A stretch of 47,555 bases of DNA from Halocafeteria seosinensis (Eukaryota), in contig LVLI01000608.1 in the NCBI GenBank assembly GCA_001687465.1, forward strand, positions 1 through 47,555, read 5' to 3'. The translations under genes were made by a program, and so were the position numbers. Positions within the stretch are counted from its first letter, which is position 1. Every line of letters begins with the position of its first letter. Below the pieces are notes generated by a model. That model was not told where the DNA came from. It saw nothing but the letters and a program-made list of their open reading frames with translations, and ran no database searches. Below are positions 23,024-35,146 of the stretch, in pieces.

Positions 23024-24542
23024 ATGGCCAATGCTTGGAGGTGGAGAAACACCATCGACTTCCGTCGCCAGGACTACAAGACGTATGGGAAGACTCAGGT
23101 CCTCATCCGCGAGCTCGCAAAACAGGAGATCGAGCAGGATGGTGACTATGACATGGAGGTTGACAATATCTGGGACAACACAGGCAACCGGCGGACTCCC
23201 ACGAGTAGTCCGAAAAACCCAAAGCTGAAACTTACTCCTTTAAAAGGAGACAGGACCTCCTTCACTCGACAAAGTACCAGTCCTCAATCCTACAGCGCTA
23301 GCCCAAGTGAAAATGAAGCCCTATCCTCACCGGAGCAACTGGATACGGAAACGGACAACAGGGGCAGGGACTTAACCGAGGAAGACGAAAACTGTAATAG
23401 TGCCTCAGATGGGGAGCATTCAGTAGACGGATTCTCTCTAGAGCTCCATGAAAAATACCGCGTCAGACTTCCGAAGACCTATAGCACCCTCATTCGGCTA
23501 GCCGAAGATAACATATCTCATCCGGAACTTTACCAGAGCAAACCACTTCCTCAGTATGCAGATCCTATCATACGAGAATCACCCGCAAACGGTACCCAGG
23601 AATATTCCCAACTCTGGAAGACCGAGAGCTCCTTTAACTTGGTGAAAGACAACTCGGGGACTATTGGGAGGCAGAGTAAGCGAACCACATTTATTGATGA
23701 CATGCTGCGGCATCCCTCTGGTGTACCTGACTATCTTCTCAGTCAAAAGGTAGGTGTAGAAAACTCTCCGAGAATCTATCGTCAGCATGTCACTATTTTG
23801 TTGCTAAATACAGCATTCGCTAGAAAGACGTCAATTTGTCAAAGAGCTGGATAAATCGCTCCATGTTTCGAAACCTTCTTTCGGGCTCAGTGGAGGAAAA
23901 AGTTTCATTGATTCTTTGATAGAAAATGCTTCCAGGGAGGAGCTCGCGACTAGTATTGAGAACCAAATGTCTCACACATCCAGCCACGGACGTTCACAGT
24001 ATTTAATAACCAAAGAGCAAAAGGAAGCAAGCTCTAGATTCAAGATATTGATGGATATAGCTTACAACCTACGTTCCAAGACCCCAAAGTACTACGCTTT
24101 TAGTGTTTCGCAAAAGCGGTTCGATGACGCCGGCGCAAGGCCTCAGAAGTTTGAGTCGTCTCAGGAGGAGCAAGAACTGCGCGAGGCTCTCGAAAAAAAG
24201 AGAGCAAAGAATAGGCGCAAAAAGAAAAGGACCAGAAGAAAGAAGCGAGAAATGCCCTTACATCTGCGCAAACAAAGTGGTTCCCGTCTCGACGATTTCC
24301 TCAAGACCAAGGCGGATATTCCAGGAGCGGGCTCTTACGATCTTCCCCCATTGCCGCTCTTAGGAGCTCCGATTGGATTCACAGAGGAAATGCGACTTCG
24401 CGAAGATGCCGACAGCACATGGTATGGGGTGCCTCAAGTGAACGAATATAAGAAGGTGGCAAAGTTTGCCGACCCTGAAAAGCTACACAGCAATTTCGTA
24501 AACAGATTTGCTCCTTCATTGCTATCAGAGAAACAGTATTAG
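23024..24542 (+). CDS. Hypothetical protein with a SHIPPO/PG-rich-like motif (possible axonemal protein); 2 exons
   Basis: Intron 23749-23813 (GTAGGT...ATACAG) joins the two ORFs in frame. DIPGAGSYDLP resembles the PGPGxY repeat. There is a basic stretch KKRAKNRRKKKRTRRKKR. Confidence 0.65.
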
Positions 24543-24555
24543 TTCGAAGACAGTG

Positions 24556-26387
24556 CTACCCATTCGAATTATCGCATGCCTGCTGCCAGGAAGCCACGTC
24601 ACCATCAATTGGAAGCATCGAGTCGATCAGTCTACGGAAATGATCAAGTCGACAAAGGACTATCTCTTCTCTCGCGTTGCCGTACATGGTGGTCCTGTAC
24701 ACTGCGCTGCAGCTTAACTCACTCGTCATGTCCTTTCCTTGATAGAGAGCACGGATAAAGTGTTCTTCGCTGCGCCTTGATGAGAACATTTCCAGTACGA
24801 TGCGAGAAGCGTAGCTAGGCCATTGGTAGTCCGTCAAATTGAGGGCAGATGCGACCGGGTAGACAGTAATGTCATGAGCAAACAAGAACCAGAATTTCCT
24901 ACAGCGGGACGTCCGCTGTCGAAGGCACTCTGCTTGCGTACCTAATTGGTTGGAGATTTGAGAGAGCAACGGATGTATCAAGAAATCGTTAGGGCTCCCG
25001 CTGTACCGCCGGGCATAATCTCGATCGGCCTGCTCTATTGCTTCTAAAGCTGTGTTCTCTTCAATACAAGATTCACCGTCTTTGTTTGCTTGTTTACATG
25101 GAAGCGCAATATTATGGCACTGGCGCGTGACCATCATATCGGCAACTAAGGTAGCATCATTGGACAAAGGAGGACATGGAGTCTTGCCTTGCAGAGGGTT
25201 TGGTTTTTGTAAGCCACCGGCATATCCAGGAAATACGGCACCCTTGGACAACTGGTCTCCATGGTGTTTAAGTTGATCGAGTGAGTTGTCAATTTCCTCC
25301 TTGGTACAGTTGGTGAGTTGCGCAATTCTGCGAATTAAGTTCATGGGCAGGGTGTTAAATCTCGAAAAATGATACGTATGCTCGTCAACATCTGAGCTAA
25401 ACTTATTGCACCTCCGCAGCAGCTCCTGAACCAACGCTGGATCCTTTTCGCGTGGCTGCACATAGATGGTGAAGTTGCTTTCTTCAGCCAGGTGCAGGCC
25501 ATCCAAAAATGACGCAGCCGAGAGAGCAGTTCGTGGGTAGTCAGTACTGGAGCAAAATACATCCTTCACATCCACTGGGTTATCTCCAGTCTCTTGATGA
25601 GATTGGTGGCTTATTCTCTTCAAAAGTGATCCGTACTTTTGCCGAAAGAGCCTTCCCTGTATGATAATGAAAGCATTTTCGTCCCAAGTTGCCCCAGGAC
25701 AGTTCTCTCAAGGAATTGAAAATTACATACCAGGCGTCTATGCTGTTCAATACCTTCCTTCGTAAGCATTCCTGCTCGACAGTGCTTGGCTGATTCTCCC
25801 TTCAGCGCCGCTTCCGAAGCCTTGAATCCACGTGCAGCGTTAGCTGCTTCCAGATGATCATGCCGATGCGCTCCTGCATCGCATCGCTCGTCCAATTCCA
25901 GTTCTGCACACTCTAAACCTTCCTCTATAGCTTGTCTAGAGACATATTCGGCATGGAATCGTGTCTTCGAGTCTGGCGGTAAGGTTGTATCTGAGCCGAA
26001 ATCGCAGTCCCACGATGCGCTGTCAGCTCCTTGGATTTGCGCGAATCCTGAACGATCTCCATGGCGCAATAAGCCCCATACACCTGTTAGTTCCACTGAA
26101 ATCGTGAATGACGAATTAGAGCGCCCTGAAGTGTACACCTCCGCCTCGCGGGGGTCTCTGGATTCCACGGGGCTGATCTCCATGGGTCCTTCATATTCAC
26201 CCTCTTCCCCCGTATAGGGTGGATGGCAATATTGCTCCAATCGATCCTGCAAACTGTTGTACACGGGCACTTTATGGTTGACATCTTCTAGGGTAAAACC
26301 TTTCCCGACGAGTGACTCTGCTGATGACACGTGGCCAGTGATAAGTGCCACTACCAGTATTAGTGGCCATTTCCTTGTCGCTACCAT
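24556..26387 (-). CDS. Secreted histidine acid phosphatase (His_Phos_2 branch; PXYLP1/ACP6-like); 2 exons
   Basis: Signal peptide, catalytic RHGDR, GMLTKEGIEQHRRL|GRLFRQKY across one intron, STDYPRTALSA, FAHDITV (HD), WPSYASRIVLE. Confidence 0.9.
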
Positions 26388-27175
26388 GAAACAGTCTGCA
26401 CAAACTAACCTAAACAGTTGCGGCTCGAGGAGCGCGAAAACTAGAGAAATTATCTAGAACTAACAATCCTATGCAAGTGAATAATTGTGGCACAACAACT
26501 TGTCAAGTTGCTGCTTGAATTTTCAACATCACAAGATTAACATAACCTAATCATGAGCAATGAGTCTACTCTCATTCTGGCAGGAGCACATAGGGGTAGA
26601 AAAGGATGATAGGGAGCGTGGTATACTGTTGAATTTGCCTGTTTAGCGAGAGCGTATTCTGGGCCAAGATAAGATTACTCAAAGCTCACACAGCTACCAC
26701 TACTGCATTTCCGATGCTTTCCATTTGCTTGTCCTAATACAGCGATTCATAGAGTAGGTTGACTCACGTAACTAGACATGCGGTTTCCTTGCTGAGATTC
26801 TTCGTTTTGTAGTTTTAAGTGTTGTAAGTTGCATGCCAGCCTGTGACGTACTTCCAGGTAAAAGCAAAACCACGCTTCTCTGGTCAATGCCACTCACTCC
26901 TTGATTTCTAGAGCGAGAAAAGCGCCGCATCGAAAAATGTTATTTTCCACCAAAGACCGAAGTGTGTGCGTGTGTGTAAGCAACCAACTGAGTCAGATGC
27001 CTTATGGTCAGATGCAGGAAGAACGAGAAGAAGGGCCCCTTTTTGAACCATATGTCCAAAACCCATACATCTAGTACGAGTTGTTTCCTTATGATCAATA
27101 TCCAATGTCTAGCTGGAGCAGCAGCAGAGTTCAGCGTTCTTACGCTCGAAGTAATTAACTAATTGCGTTGTTGTC

Positions 27176-27631
27176 CTACAGTCGTCTTGTTTTCCTCGCT
27201 CTGCATCCATTCGTAGGGAACGGTGTAACATCTTCTAAGTGGCTGATTTGCAGGTCGGCCGCCATGATACCTCGAATGGCCGGGACGCGGTTCCTGGAGG
27301 GTCCTTTGAACCTGAGTCTCGCGGTCTTATGCCCCTCTTCTTTGGCTTTTCCAGCTGCTTTTTCAGCCGCCTGCCGTGCTCCAAAGTTGGACGCTCGTTT
27401 CGGTCCCGAGTGCCCCATCATTCCGGAGGACACTTTGGAGATCACCTCACCATTGAGGCGCGAAAAACACACGTGGGTGTTATTCAACGTTATGGTCACG
27501 GTGGCGAAGCAATCGGGCTTCCTATTGACCATGCGCTGTCCAGCGGCGGCGGCTGCCCCAGGGTTGGAACCCTGCTGCACCGATTGTTGGAATATCTGCG
27601 ATATTCGCTGGCGTAAAGCACCCGTCGACAT
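27176..27631 (-). CDS. rps11: Organellar (probably mitochondrial) ribosomal protein uS11, nucleus-encoded
   Basis: Bacterial-type S11 motifs: TLNNTHV, SSGMMGHSGPKRAS.FGA, FKGP..NR..AIRG, EDVTPFPTNGCRARKTRRL. It has an N-terminal extension of about 33 aa lacking acidic residues (presequence-like). Confidence 0.9.
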   Translation of the reverse strand: MSTGALRQRISQIFQQSVQQGSNPGAAAAAGQRMVNRKPDCFATVTITLNNTHVCFSRLNGEVISKVSSGMMGHSGPKRASNFGARQAAEKAAGKAKEEGHKTARLRFKGPSRNRVPAIRGIMAADLQISHLEDVTPFPTNGCRARKTRRL

Positions 27632-28330
27632 CTTATTTATTTCTATATGTGAGTTGCAATATTCTTACAAGATGTGCAATAACAAAACTCCAACTCTTTC
27701 TCTCTCTCTCTCTCGTGGAGGTGGGAAGGGAGCGCACGTCCGCCGATTAAATGTACATGTAGCGAAGTTTGTATAGTTAACACTCAGAATTTACAGCTTA
27801 AATGAATTTGCCCGCCTTATGATCCCAACAAAACGTGGAGCCATTGTTTGTAAGAACTTTCCATTCCCAATTATGCTTGCTCACTTTCATAATGGCCCTG
27901 CTTAAGTCACTGAACTCAGGTGGAGCAATCTTGGCAGAGTTCATCTTGCTAATTACGGATACTAGGAAAATGATGAAGTCATCGTCCTGGATGTTAAAGA
28001 CTTTAGAACCCTGTACACACTTACCACAGTGGTGATTTCAACGTTGACTGTGTATTAGAGGTTCTCCTACCGGAAGGTGTCTGGTCTACACAGATACGCT
28101 AGGTCTTGTGTGGGTAGAACCAAAAGACAGGGTATGCCGGTTAAGTACACAGTGTATCACTGTTGTAACCTTCACTTGTTAAGACATCTACGAGCTCAGA
28201 CCCTTGACTCGTGCTAAGAACCTCGTAGAATGGGTCTAGTATCTTTCAAAACATAAGTTACAAACCAAAAATGGTACTCTCGTCTCATGCGGTATATTTG
28301 TAAAGGATCCATACAGAGATAATTTCTAGC

Positions 28331-29414
28331 TTAGACGTCATCCTCCTGTGGAAGTCCACTTTGATCTCGCGAGCCTGAATCCGACTTCTTCCCTCCACCA
28401 CACAAAGCACTTTTGAGGTCTTCCTGAAACAGAGAAAAACGAAACATATACATGTAATTTGATATTCCAATATACATCAAAACCAACTAAACCAGAGATG
28501 TGGCTACGAAGATTGCTTACCGGGGTATGAGGCAAAAGTCCGGCGATGGCAACTGGAATTATCGCAATAAAGCAAAGAACCCACCCGTGTCCTGACATTA
28601 GCAAGTGAGATTGGACATAAATCATCGTCAGTTTGCAACAAAACCTACCTGCCTCGGACAACTTACCCGTTGAAAGGTCGTCAAAACGGTCATCAAGATC
28701 ATCATGCACAGAAAACCACGATAATCCAGCCAGGATGAAACTGGAAAGGACGACAAAAGGCGTGTAGATGCTGATTCTCTTTGAAGTTTCACTAGGACTC
28801 ATGCATTGGAAATCTTCGGCCAAGGCACTGATCACACCTAGCCCAATCCCTAATATTCCAATAATGCTGAATGCTCGAGCAGAGCGAACAGCGTCATCAT
28901 CGTAAAACCGGCTGAAGCTTTCATCCACTGGAAAAAGAAGAGTTATAAAAACAAATTCCATACATATACGACGTGTACCGTGTGGGTAATGTGCAACTCT
29001 TCGGTTGAGAGCTTACAGGAGTTTTCACAGTTGTCTGGTCCGCATGCACGGAACGCTCCTATATCCTGCGTCGACAAGCGGTAAGATACAAGTTTTTTCT
29101 TCCACCAGACTTGCGTTCAGCAGTAAAATTGCGACATAAACCATTTTTCCAACGAGTAAAAAATAAATTGTTTAATGCCACACATACAAACTCTGCATTG
29201 TCGTTGTCATCCTCCTTTACAGTCCATTTCGACGTCGAGACAGAGATGACGATGAAGATGAAGCTAAGGACGTACAGTCCGTACTCTGCACAATCCCAGA
29301 CAACAATGAACAGAATAAAGGTTATATGTAGAACCCCACGAGCCTACCGTGAACCGTGGCCCACAGCGCACAGCCACGAGGACAAGGGAAGGGCGGTAGA
29401 GCAAAAAAGGTACA
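28331..29414 (-). CDS. Claudin/PMP22-like tetraspan membrane protein; multi-exon, 5' end not resolved
   Basis: Spliced reading: YGLYVLSFIFIVISVSTSKWTVK..AEF|DIGAFRACGPDNC..|..AVRSARAFSIIGILG..FILAGLSWF..|GHGWVLCFIAII..|EDLKSALC..EDDV*. This matches the claudin W-G(L/A)(W/F)-C-C signature and the TM4 G.(S/G)W.L pattern. Confidence 0.75.
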
Positions 29415-29799
29415 CTAATATCTTGATGCTACGACGACGGAAAACTTCGCGAACGGTAAAATGCAATGCCAGAGTGTCCGTGCGTCAAAGAGAGACGATC
29501 CCATGGTTCAGTCGTCCGCGCCACAGGCTCTTAACAGCTTGGATACGCCCACGGTTGCGACCAACACCCCCGCCATGGTTTCTCAACAACTCAAAAACCA
29601 TGTTTTATTTCGCTCGAATCCACTTGCATGGTGTACGTCTGGCTGTTGAAACTCGTCCTCTTGGAAAGAAGCCTTACCTGACAAACGGGCAATCATCTTG
29701 GTTCTCTCTCTTTTGCACAAGAACTAGCTACAGCACGCACTCAACGGAAACGCGTACAATGTAATGCAAAAAGGCAGATTTCTTGGCGTGAATCCCTCG

Positions 29800-30922
29800 C
29801 AACAATGAGGCGTCAAATGTGGTATTCAAGCGGCAAAATCGTCGTGAAAGACTTTTTAACTAGTGGCAATCCTTACAGTCAACGAAAATTGGTGCACTTG
29901 GCGTCCATATGGAAGAATACAGGCAAAGCAAGTTGGTCGCAATCTGCGACCCACGTGCCCCAAAGAGAATCAACAACGACGCCACGACTGGACCACGAGG
30001 TGCAACGGATAATGACAATGTTGAGCACTTTGCATTGCGCTTGTAAATATTGAAAGAAAGGGTGAGACAAAGTATGACGGTCTTCTTGCTTCCGCGGGCT
30101 TGGACATACTGGAGTACGACAAAGAGTTTATGGTATACAACTTGGATTACACCGGTAGTGCTTCGTACAGTACAACAGCAGTCCAGGAGGGACCCGTAGA
30201 CTGTTTTACACGGGGTGATATTAGTGACAATGCTGCAGCAGGTATTTCAGGACGTGATACAGGAGGAGACGATGCATGGGGTAGAGGTGATGGCTATATC
30301 TCGCAACGCATACATGTATGCATCAGGAGGAGTTACTGGTAAATACATGTATGCTGGTGGGATCATAGGGCCTATAGACGGTGAAGCAAGGGGATACTAC
30401 ATGTATTCAAGTTCGATATCCGTGCGAGACTATATCACTGCTGAGGATCGCAAGGTTGGTCTGATAACGTATAGGCGTTAGATGGAGACCGATTCTACGC
30501 TTCCAACCAGGACCGTCTCCTGTACTCCTTCATCCATGTTCATCGGCATCCACACCATCTCCGCATGCGACGTCGCCTCTGTCAGCCCTACCGCATCATC
30601 CCCCCAAAGCCAAACGAATACTGTGACACATATTGCCATCCCCACTTCAACGCTATCTATTACACACACACAACCACCGACCGGCACCGGGAAACCACTT
30701 CAAGTAGCTCCAAACCTTTTCGAGAACTCCCGCGCCAAGCACCAGTGCTGCACCACCTCGACATCAACTCTATCTACACTCACGAGTGTGGCGAGTCGTG
30801 CGAGTAGCAATGGACTCTCGTTAACATCGGAACTCACGATGAGTGAATCTTCGATGCCGGATGTAAATGCTACACAAGGTGCACAGAAGGTAACGCGGCA
30901 GTCCGCTAAGACCGCGTGGTAA
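29800..30922 (+). pseudogene. Decayed gene for a probable surface/secreted protein (G/Y-rich region followed by an S/T/P mucin-like stalk)
   Basis: ORFs 30100-30342, 30215-30481 and 30482-30922 overlap or abut. 30215-30481 and 30482-30922 are in the same frame, separated only by a TAG. Confidence 0.45.
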
Positions 30923-31183
30923 GCCAATGGAAAGGAATGTCTTCAGGAGGCCTTCAGCTGAAAGCATCAGACATCGGAGCAATGACTAGCTTCATCACAG
31001 TATCATAGTAACCCATGTTGGAGAGTGCCGGTGTACATATCATTTAGCTGGCATTATACGCTATAGACTATCAAGAGTTTCTACTACCCTGCTAGTAGTT
31101 GTAGCACCAGTAGTCGTGTATGATTGTTCACCAGTCCTAGTCTCTTAGAAAAAAATCTACTCCAATCGCCGGATGCAACCAAC

Positions 31184-32795
31184 CTAGTCCATCTCACTCT
31201 TGTGGATCTTCCGGGCGATCGTTGTCCGACACATCACACACTTATCTGTGATGCTTTGGACGCATCCTCGGCAGACACACATATGTCCGCAGGGAACAAA
31301 AACCATGTCGCTTTCATTGTCCATACAAATAGTACACTCTTCGATGGTGAATATTTTGGTAGGATTCTTGACTGGGGCAGCTGCAGACGCTGCAGGTTTA
31401 GGACGCGCCACCGCAACGCGCTGTGCTTCTGGAGGCCGCATTCTCGGTACCGGAGCATTAGCAGCCTCTGCCGCCGTGACTTCGACCACCGAACCAGCGG
31501 GAATCCGATAGAAAAATTTGCCTGCGGCCCCTTCAGCTACACGAACAACTGTAGTAGGGACTCTGAAAGTCTTTCCTTCCGCACGTATTGCCCGCGGGAA
31601 TTGACAGTTAGCATGGAGGTTGTAGCCCTGAGTGATGATGCGAACTCGCAATTTGGATCCGATTTTCACGCATTTCAAATAGACGTAATCCATGTTCTGG
31701 GTTAAATGAGAGAGACAAGACTTTGCGCACGAGTTGAATTGGGCAAGGCTAAATGGATTTGCGTACCGGCTGTCTTGGAGGAGCCGCTATCGCCGCCGCT
31801 GTTATAGACCAAAATGTGAACAGAGATATCCATGAACCATATTACAATAACACGAATCGGTGCGTTGTGTGTTAAGTAATAAATTTACCTGCTTGTGGGG
31901 GTGCTTGAGCTGCAGCTTAACAAAGGACAGGTTACACATCTTGGTACTTGCTCCACCATTTATCTTCAGTACCTTGACGAGCTGGAGCAGCTTTTGGTTT
32001 AGTAGCTTTCGCCGCTTTCGCTTTCTTTGTTGTTGGTGGGGTGGCTTCAGCGTCTGTGCATACGAATAGTTGGTCTTTAACAAATAGGCGAGAGCGGGTG
32101 GCGACAACACTTACGGGCTTTACGCTTTGTTGCAGTCTTCCTCGTTTTTGCAGGAGTAACAGCCGCCGCTGCTGCACCAGTTTGCGCTTCGGCAGCGTCA
32201 GCATCTGCCTCCATTTGCCTTCTAGTCTTCTTCGGAACTCGTTTGGTTCGAGCGGGCTTTGTGTCAGCCGCAGCCGCTGCGGCCTTTTTCGGAGTAGTGG
32301 CTCTCTTAGCGGTTCTCGCTTTCTTTTCCGCGGGAGATGCTTTCGTCTCCGTTGCCTTCTTAGAAGTTGCGCCCTTTGATGGCGATTTCTTCTTTTGAGC
32401 TTGCTTGGGCGAACCATCTGTCATAACGGATACAAGCGGAGTGGCTACCTCGTCTTACACGTGCTATTGTTACATACTAGCAGCGGTAGCAGCAGCAGCT
32501 TTTGTCGCCGCTCGTCCACGAGTGGCTCTCGCTTTGCCTTTTGCACCTGCGCTATCATCTCGGTTCGGGTAATCGGACTTCCTGGGCGAAGTTGAAGCTG
32601 AAAAACTTCGTACGGACCTGCTGAAGACGCTGTCTTGATCGCATTCTTCGCCGTCTCCACGTCGGTATCGCCCTTTTTGGGACCTGTATACACCCATACA
32701 TAATATCAGGGTGCTCTCCGTGTGGGAAGATGTTGGGGCATGGAAAATAGGAGCAATAAACACTGACTTCGCTTGCCTTCACGACGAGTACGCAT
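31184..32795 (-). CDS. Chimeric protein: histone-H1-like K/A-rich N-terminus, uncharacterised KLRVRI/NCQFPR domain, C-terminal C3HC4 RING finger; 8 exons
   Basis: Exons 32795-32768, 32683-32618, 32546-32478, 32417-32115, 32053-31973, 31909-31889, 31798-31767 and 31696-31184 all join in frame across GT-AG introns of 60-90 nt. RING: CTICMD..VFVPCGHMCVCRGC..KCVMCR. Confidence 0.8.
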
Positions 32796-33362
32796 TATTG
32801 TATTGATTTGGATACTAGTGACCAATGGACAACTCAGGAAGACAGGGTAGTGTATATCTTCCTTCGTGTGCTGCTGGGTAGCGATCACTCGACAAACACG
32901 TTATGCTTTCAACAAACATCGACCAAAAAAACTTCATGTCTAGCCGTTAGCCGATTTTTCTGTTGTGAACCTGATGTCACGGTCCGTGACTCACGGATGG
33001 AGGGTCCAGGCAGAGTTGGTCAATCATGAAGAAAATGAACGCGATGTCCATCTGTGGCTTTGAGGAAACTTGATGAATCACATAATATGGATTGGATCAT
33101 ACATAGTCCATCACTTGGCGTTCTTCTCTTCCTCTTCTGCGGCTAGGCAGCCTAGGTTACACGCGCCGTACTTCCCACCAATCTTACTAAATTAAGAAAT
33201 ATACTCCGCAAAAACGACTCTACGAAACCACTAGCAGTTTTTCTAACGTAATCAAATTATCGAAAAACGATCAGGAGCATTCGGGTGAACGAAAACTTGG
33301 TCTTTCTCTCACGCTTCTCTTCAAGCCTTCTTGCTCCGCCTCCGAAAAAGGTGTGCTTTACG

Positions 33363-33377
33363 CACACACACACACAC
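33363..33377. repeat. Short (CA)n microsatellite
   Basis: Directly visible. Confidence 0.9.
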
Positions 33378-33418
33378 GACCTAAAATCGATGTAGCTTTT
33401 GCCGGCACTACACGTTTC

Positions 33419-35146
33419 TCATTGAGGCTTTAAATTGGGGTCAAGGGGAGCGGTTGATACATTTAATGAATCACCCCAACCTCCTGTATCGAACCGAGCA
33501 AGCTTTTGCTGAGTAACAGTTAGTTTCTCTTTGAGACTGCGAACTTCTTCTTCGAGCTTCCTGCGGCCATTTTCTGCTTTCCGCTTTTCTATTTCCACGG
33601 CTTGTAACTCATTTTTCTTTTCTTCGAGTTCTTTGGCGAGACCGTCATCTTTAGTCGCCGTTGAAGAAGAAGTTGTTGTGGCTGTACTCGTAGTGACCAC
33701 AGTGCCGGCAGCTTCGCTGACTGCAACAGGTTTTGTCGGTTCTTTGATCTCAGAGACACCTTGAATGGTAGTAAACGAAGGCGAAGGAGTCGTAGGCTGG
33801 AATGTCTGTTGAGACATGTGGGTTTGGATGGTGGTTTGGGGTATGTTTCCTTGACCCGCGGGAGCACCGGCACCTGGCGGCCATTCAAATCCAAGCTCCT
33901 TCCCCATTCCGTGGAGAGCATTTCTAATAACATTCAGCGCTCTAAGTGAGTTGCGAAACTGATCTTGGCCAACATGGGATCGTGGGGGGAAACGTTGCTG
34001 TTGTTGCTGCTGCTGTTGTTGTGTTGGCAGGCACTGAGCCCTCGGAAACTGTGTTACTCCTGATGTTATTTGTTCGTAGGAAGAACTTGTAGGAGTTGTG
34101 ACAGTCACCGAACTCTCCGCAGCAGAATACTGTTGGGTGGTTCGTACGTTCGTCACAGTTGCGCTTTGCCGCCTTCGGTGCTTTTGATTAGCCGCCATTA
34201 GCCTCTTCCAGTTCGCTATGGGCATATACTTTTCTGAATAAACAGTGAACCTCCCATATTGTTTGCCAACCTCTCCTTGATTTCCATAAGGATCAGGAGG
34301 GGCATTTCGCTGAGTCGTGGGGCGAGGTTCAGGTGGGGCAATCTTTTCATCAGTCACCGTTATATTCATTTTGCTTTCAGTTGGTCGATGTCCAGGAATT
34401 TCACCAGTGTAGTGGGAAAACTGCGAAGAGGAATCACCGTCTGCTATTGTTGTTCCTGGCGTAGGCCCCACCGTTGTTCGGTACTGATGGTCATATGCAG
34501 CGTTAGCATCCGCCTCTACCGAAAACACGACCTCCGCGGCATGCGCTACTGGTTTATATTTACCATCCACAGTGGTGGTGCTTTCGGAATCTGAGACGCC
34601 AAATTCTTCTGATGCGTACACTTGCGGTGGTTGGAATCCATCTTCCTGCTGGGCATCGGAGACCGGGGTGGAATCGTGCTGCGTAACTCTTGCTGCTGCC
34701 ATTTGCGTTACGGAAGAACTTGTTGAACGCGGCGCCTGGTTCATATCCACCGCTTCAGAAACTGACATCTTCCCATCGGCATGTATGGACGACTCCAATC
34801 CTGGCATCGTTGTCGTCGAATGAGTCGAATTTTGTGGTGTATGGCCATTCATTGCGGCAGAGGAGCTCATTTCCTGGTGAGACATGGTGGCCTTAGATTG
34901 CGTTTCCGCGTTCGTCGCCGCAATGACGTGGCTATGAGCCTGTGTCTGAGGTTCCTGTTGAAGTTCCACGGGGTGGTGCGCCTCAGGCTCTTGAATATAC
35001 GTGTATTGCTGCTCTGAAGCATCTGCTGGGACTGTGACGGTGACGGGAGACTCTGCATAGGGCCTCATATAGTCCCCTTGACCATTATTCTGCTGCGCCT
35101 GCTCCTGTGCCTCTTGTTGAGGCTTGTTATGAGGTGGAGGATCCAT
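33419..35146 (-). CDS. Hypothetical Q/S/T-rich disordered protein with a C-terminal coiled coil
   Basis: Open frame of about 575 aa from MDPPPHNKP, with a polyQ tract and heptad-like LAKELEEKKNELQAVE..LKEKL. No family recognised. Confidence 0.7.
   Translation of the reverse strand: MDPPPHNKPQQEAQEQAQQNNGQGDYMRPYAESPVTVTVPADASEQQYTYIQEPEAHHPVELQQEPQTQAHSHVIAATNAETQSKATMSHQEMSSSAAMNGHTPQNSTHSTTTMPGLESSIHADGKMSVSEAVDMNQAPRSTSSSVTQMAAARVTQHDSTPVSDAQQEDGFQPPQVYASEEFGVSDSESTTTVDGKYKPVAHAAEVVFSVEADANAAYDHQYRTTVGPTPGTTIADGDSSSQFSHYTGEIPGHRPTESKMNITVTDEKIAPPEPRPTTQRNAPPDPYGNQGEVGKQYGRFTVYSEKYMPIANWKRLMAANQKHRRRQSATVTNVRTTQQYSAAESSVTVTTPTSSSYEQITSGVTQFPRAQCLPTQQQQQQQQQRFPPRSHVGQDQFRNSLRALNVIRNALHGMGKELGFEWPPGAGAPAGQGNIPQTTIQTHMSQQTFQPTTPSPSFTTIQGVSEIKEPTKPVAVSEAAGTVVTTSTATTTSSSTATKDDGLAKELEEKKNELQAVEIEKRKAENGRRKLEEEVRSLKEKLTVTQQKLARFDTGGWGDSLNVSTAPLDPNLKPQ

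Noticed and set aside
27968..28050. ATGATGA box C suggesting a C/D snoRNA
   Set aside because: No box D (CTGA) or terminal stem at a suitable distance.
29111..29764. 217-aa + strand ORF
   Set aside because: It is antisense to the claudin-like exons, with no ATG start and no recognisable protein features.
32684..32776. Possible GC-AG first intron (GAAG|GCAAGC) in the H1-like/RING gene
   Set aside because: A canonical same-phase GTCAGT donor lies 9 nt downstream at 32767, so a non-canonical site is not needed.
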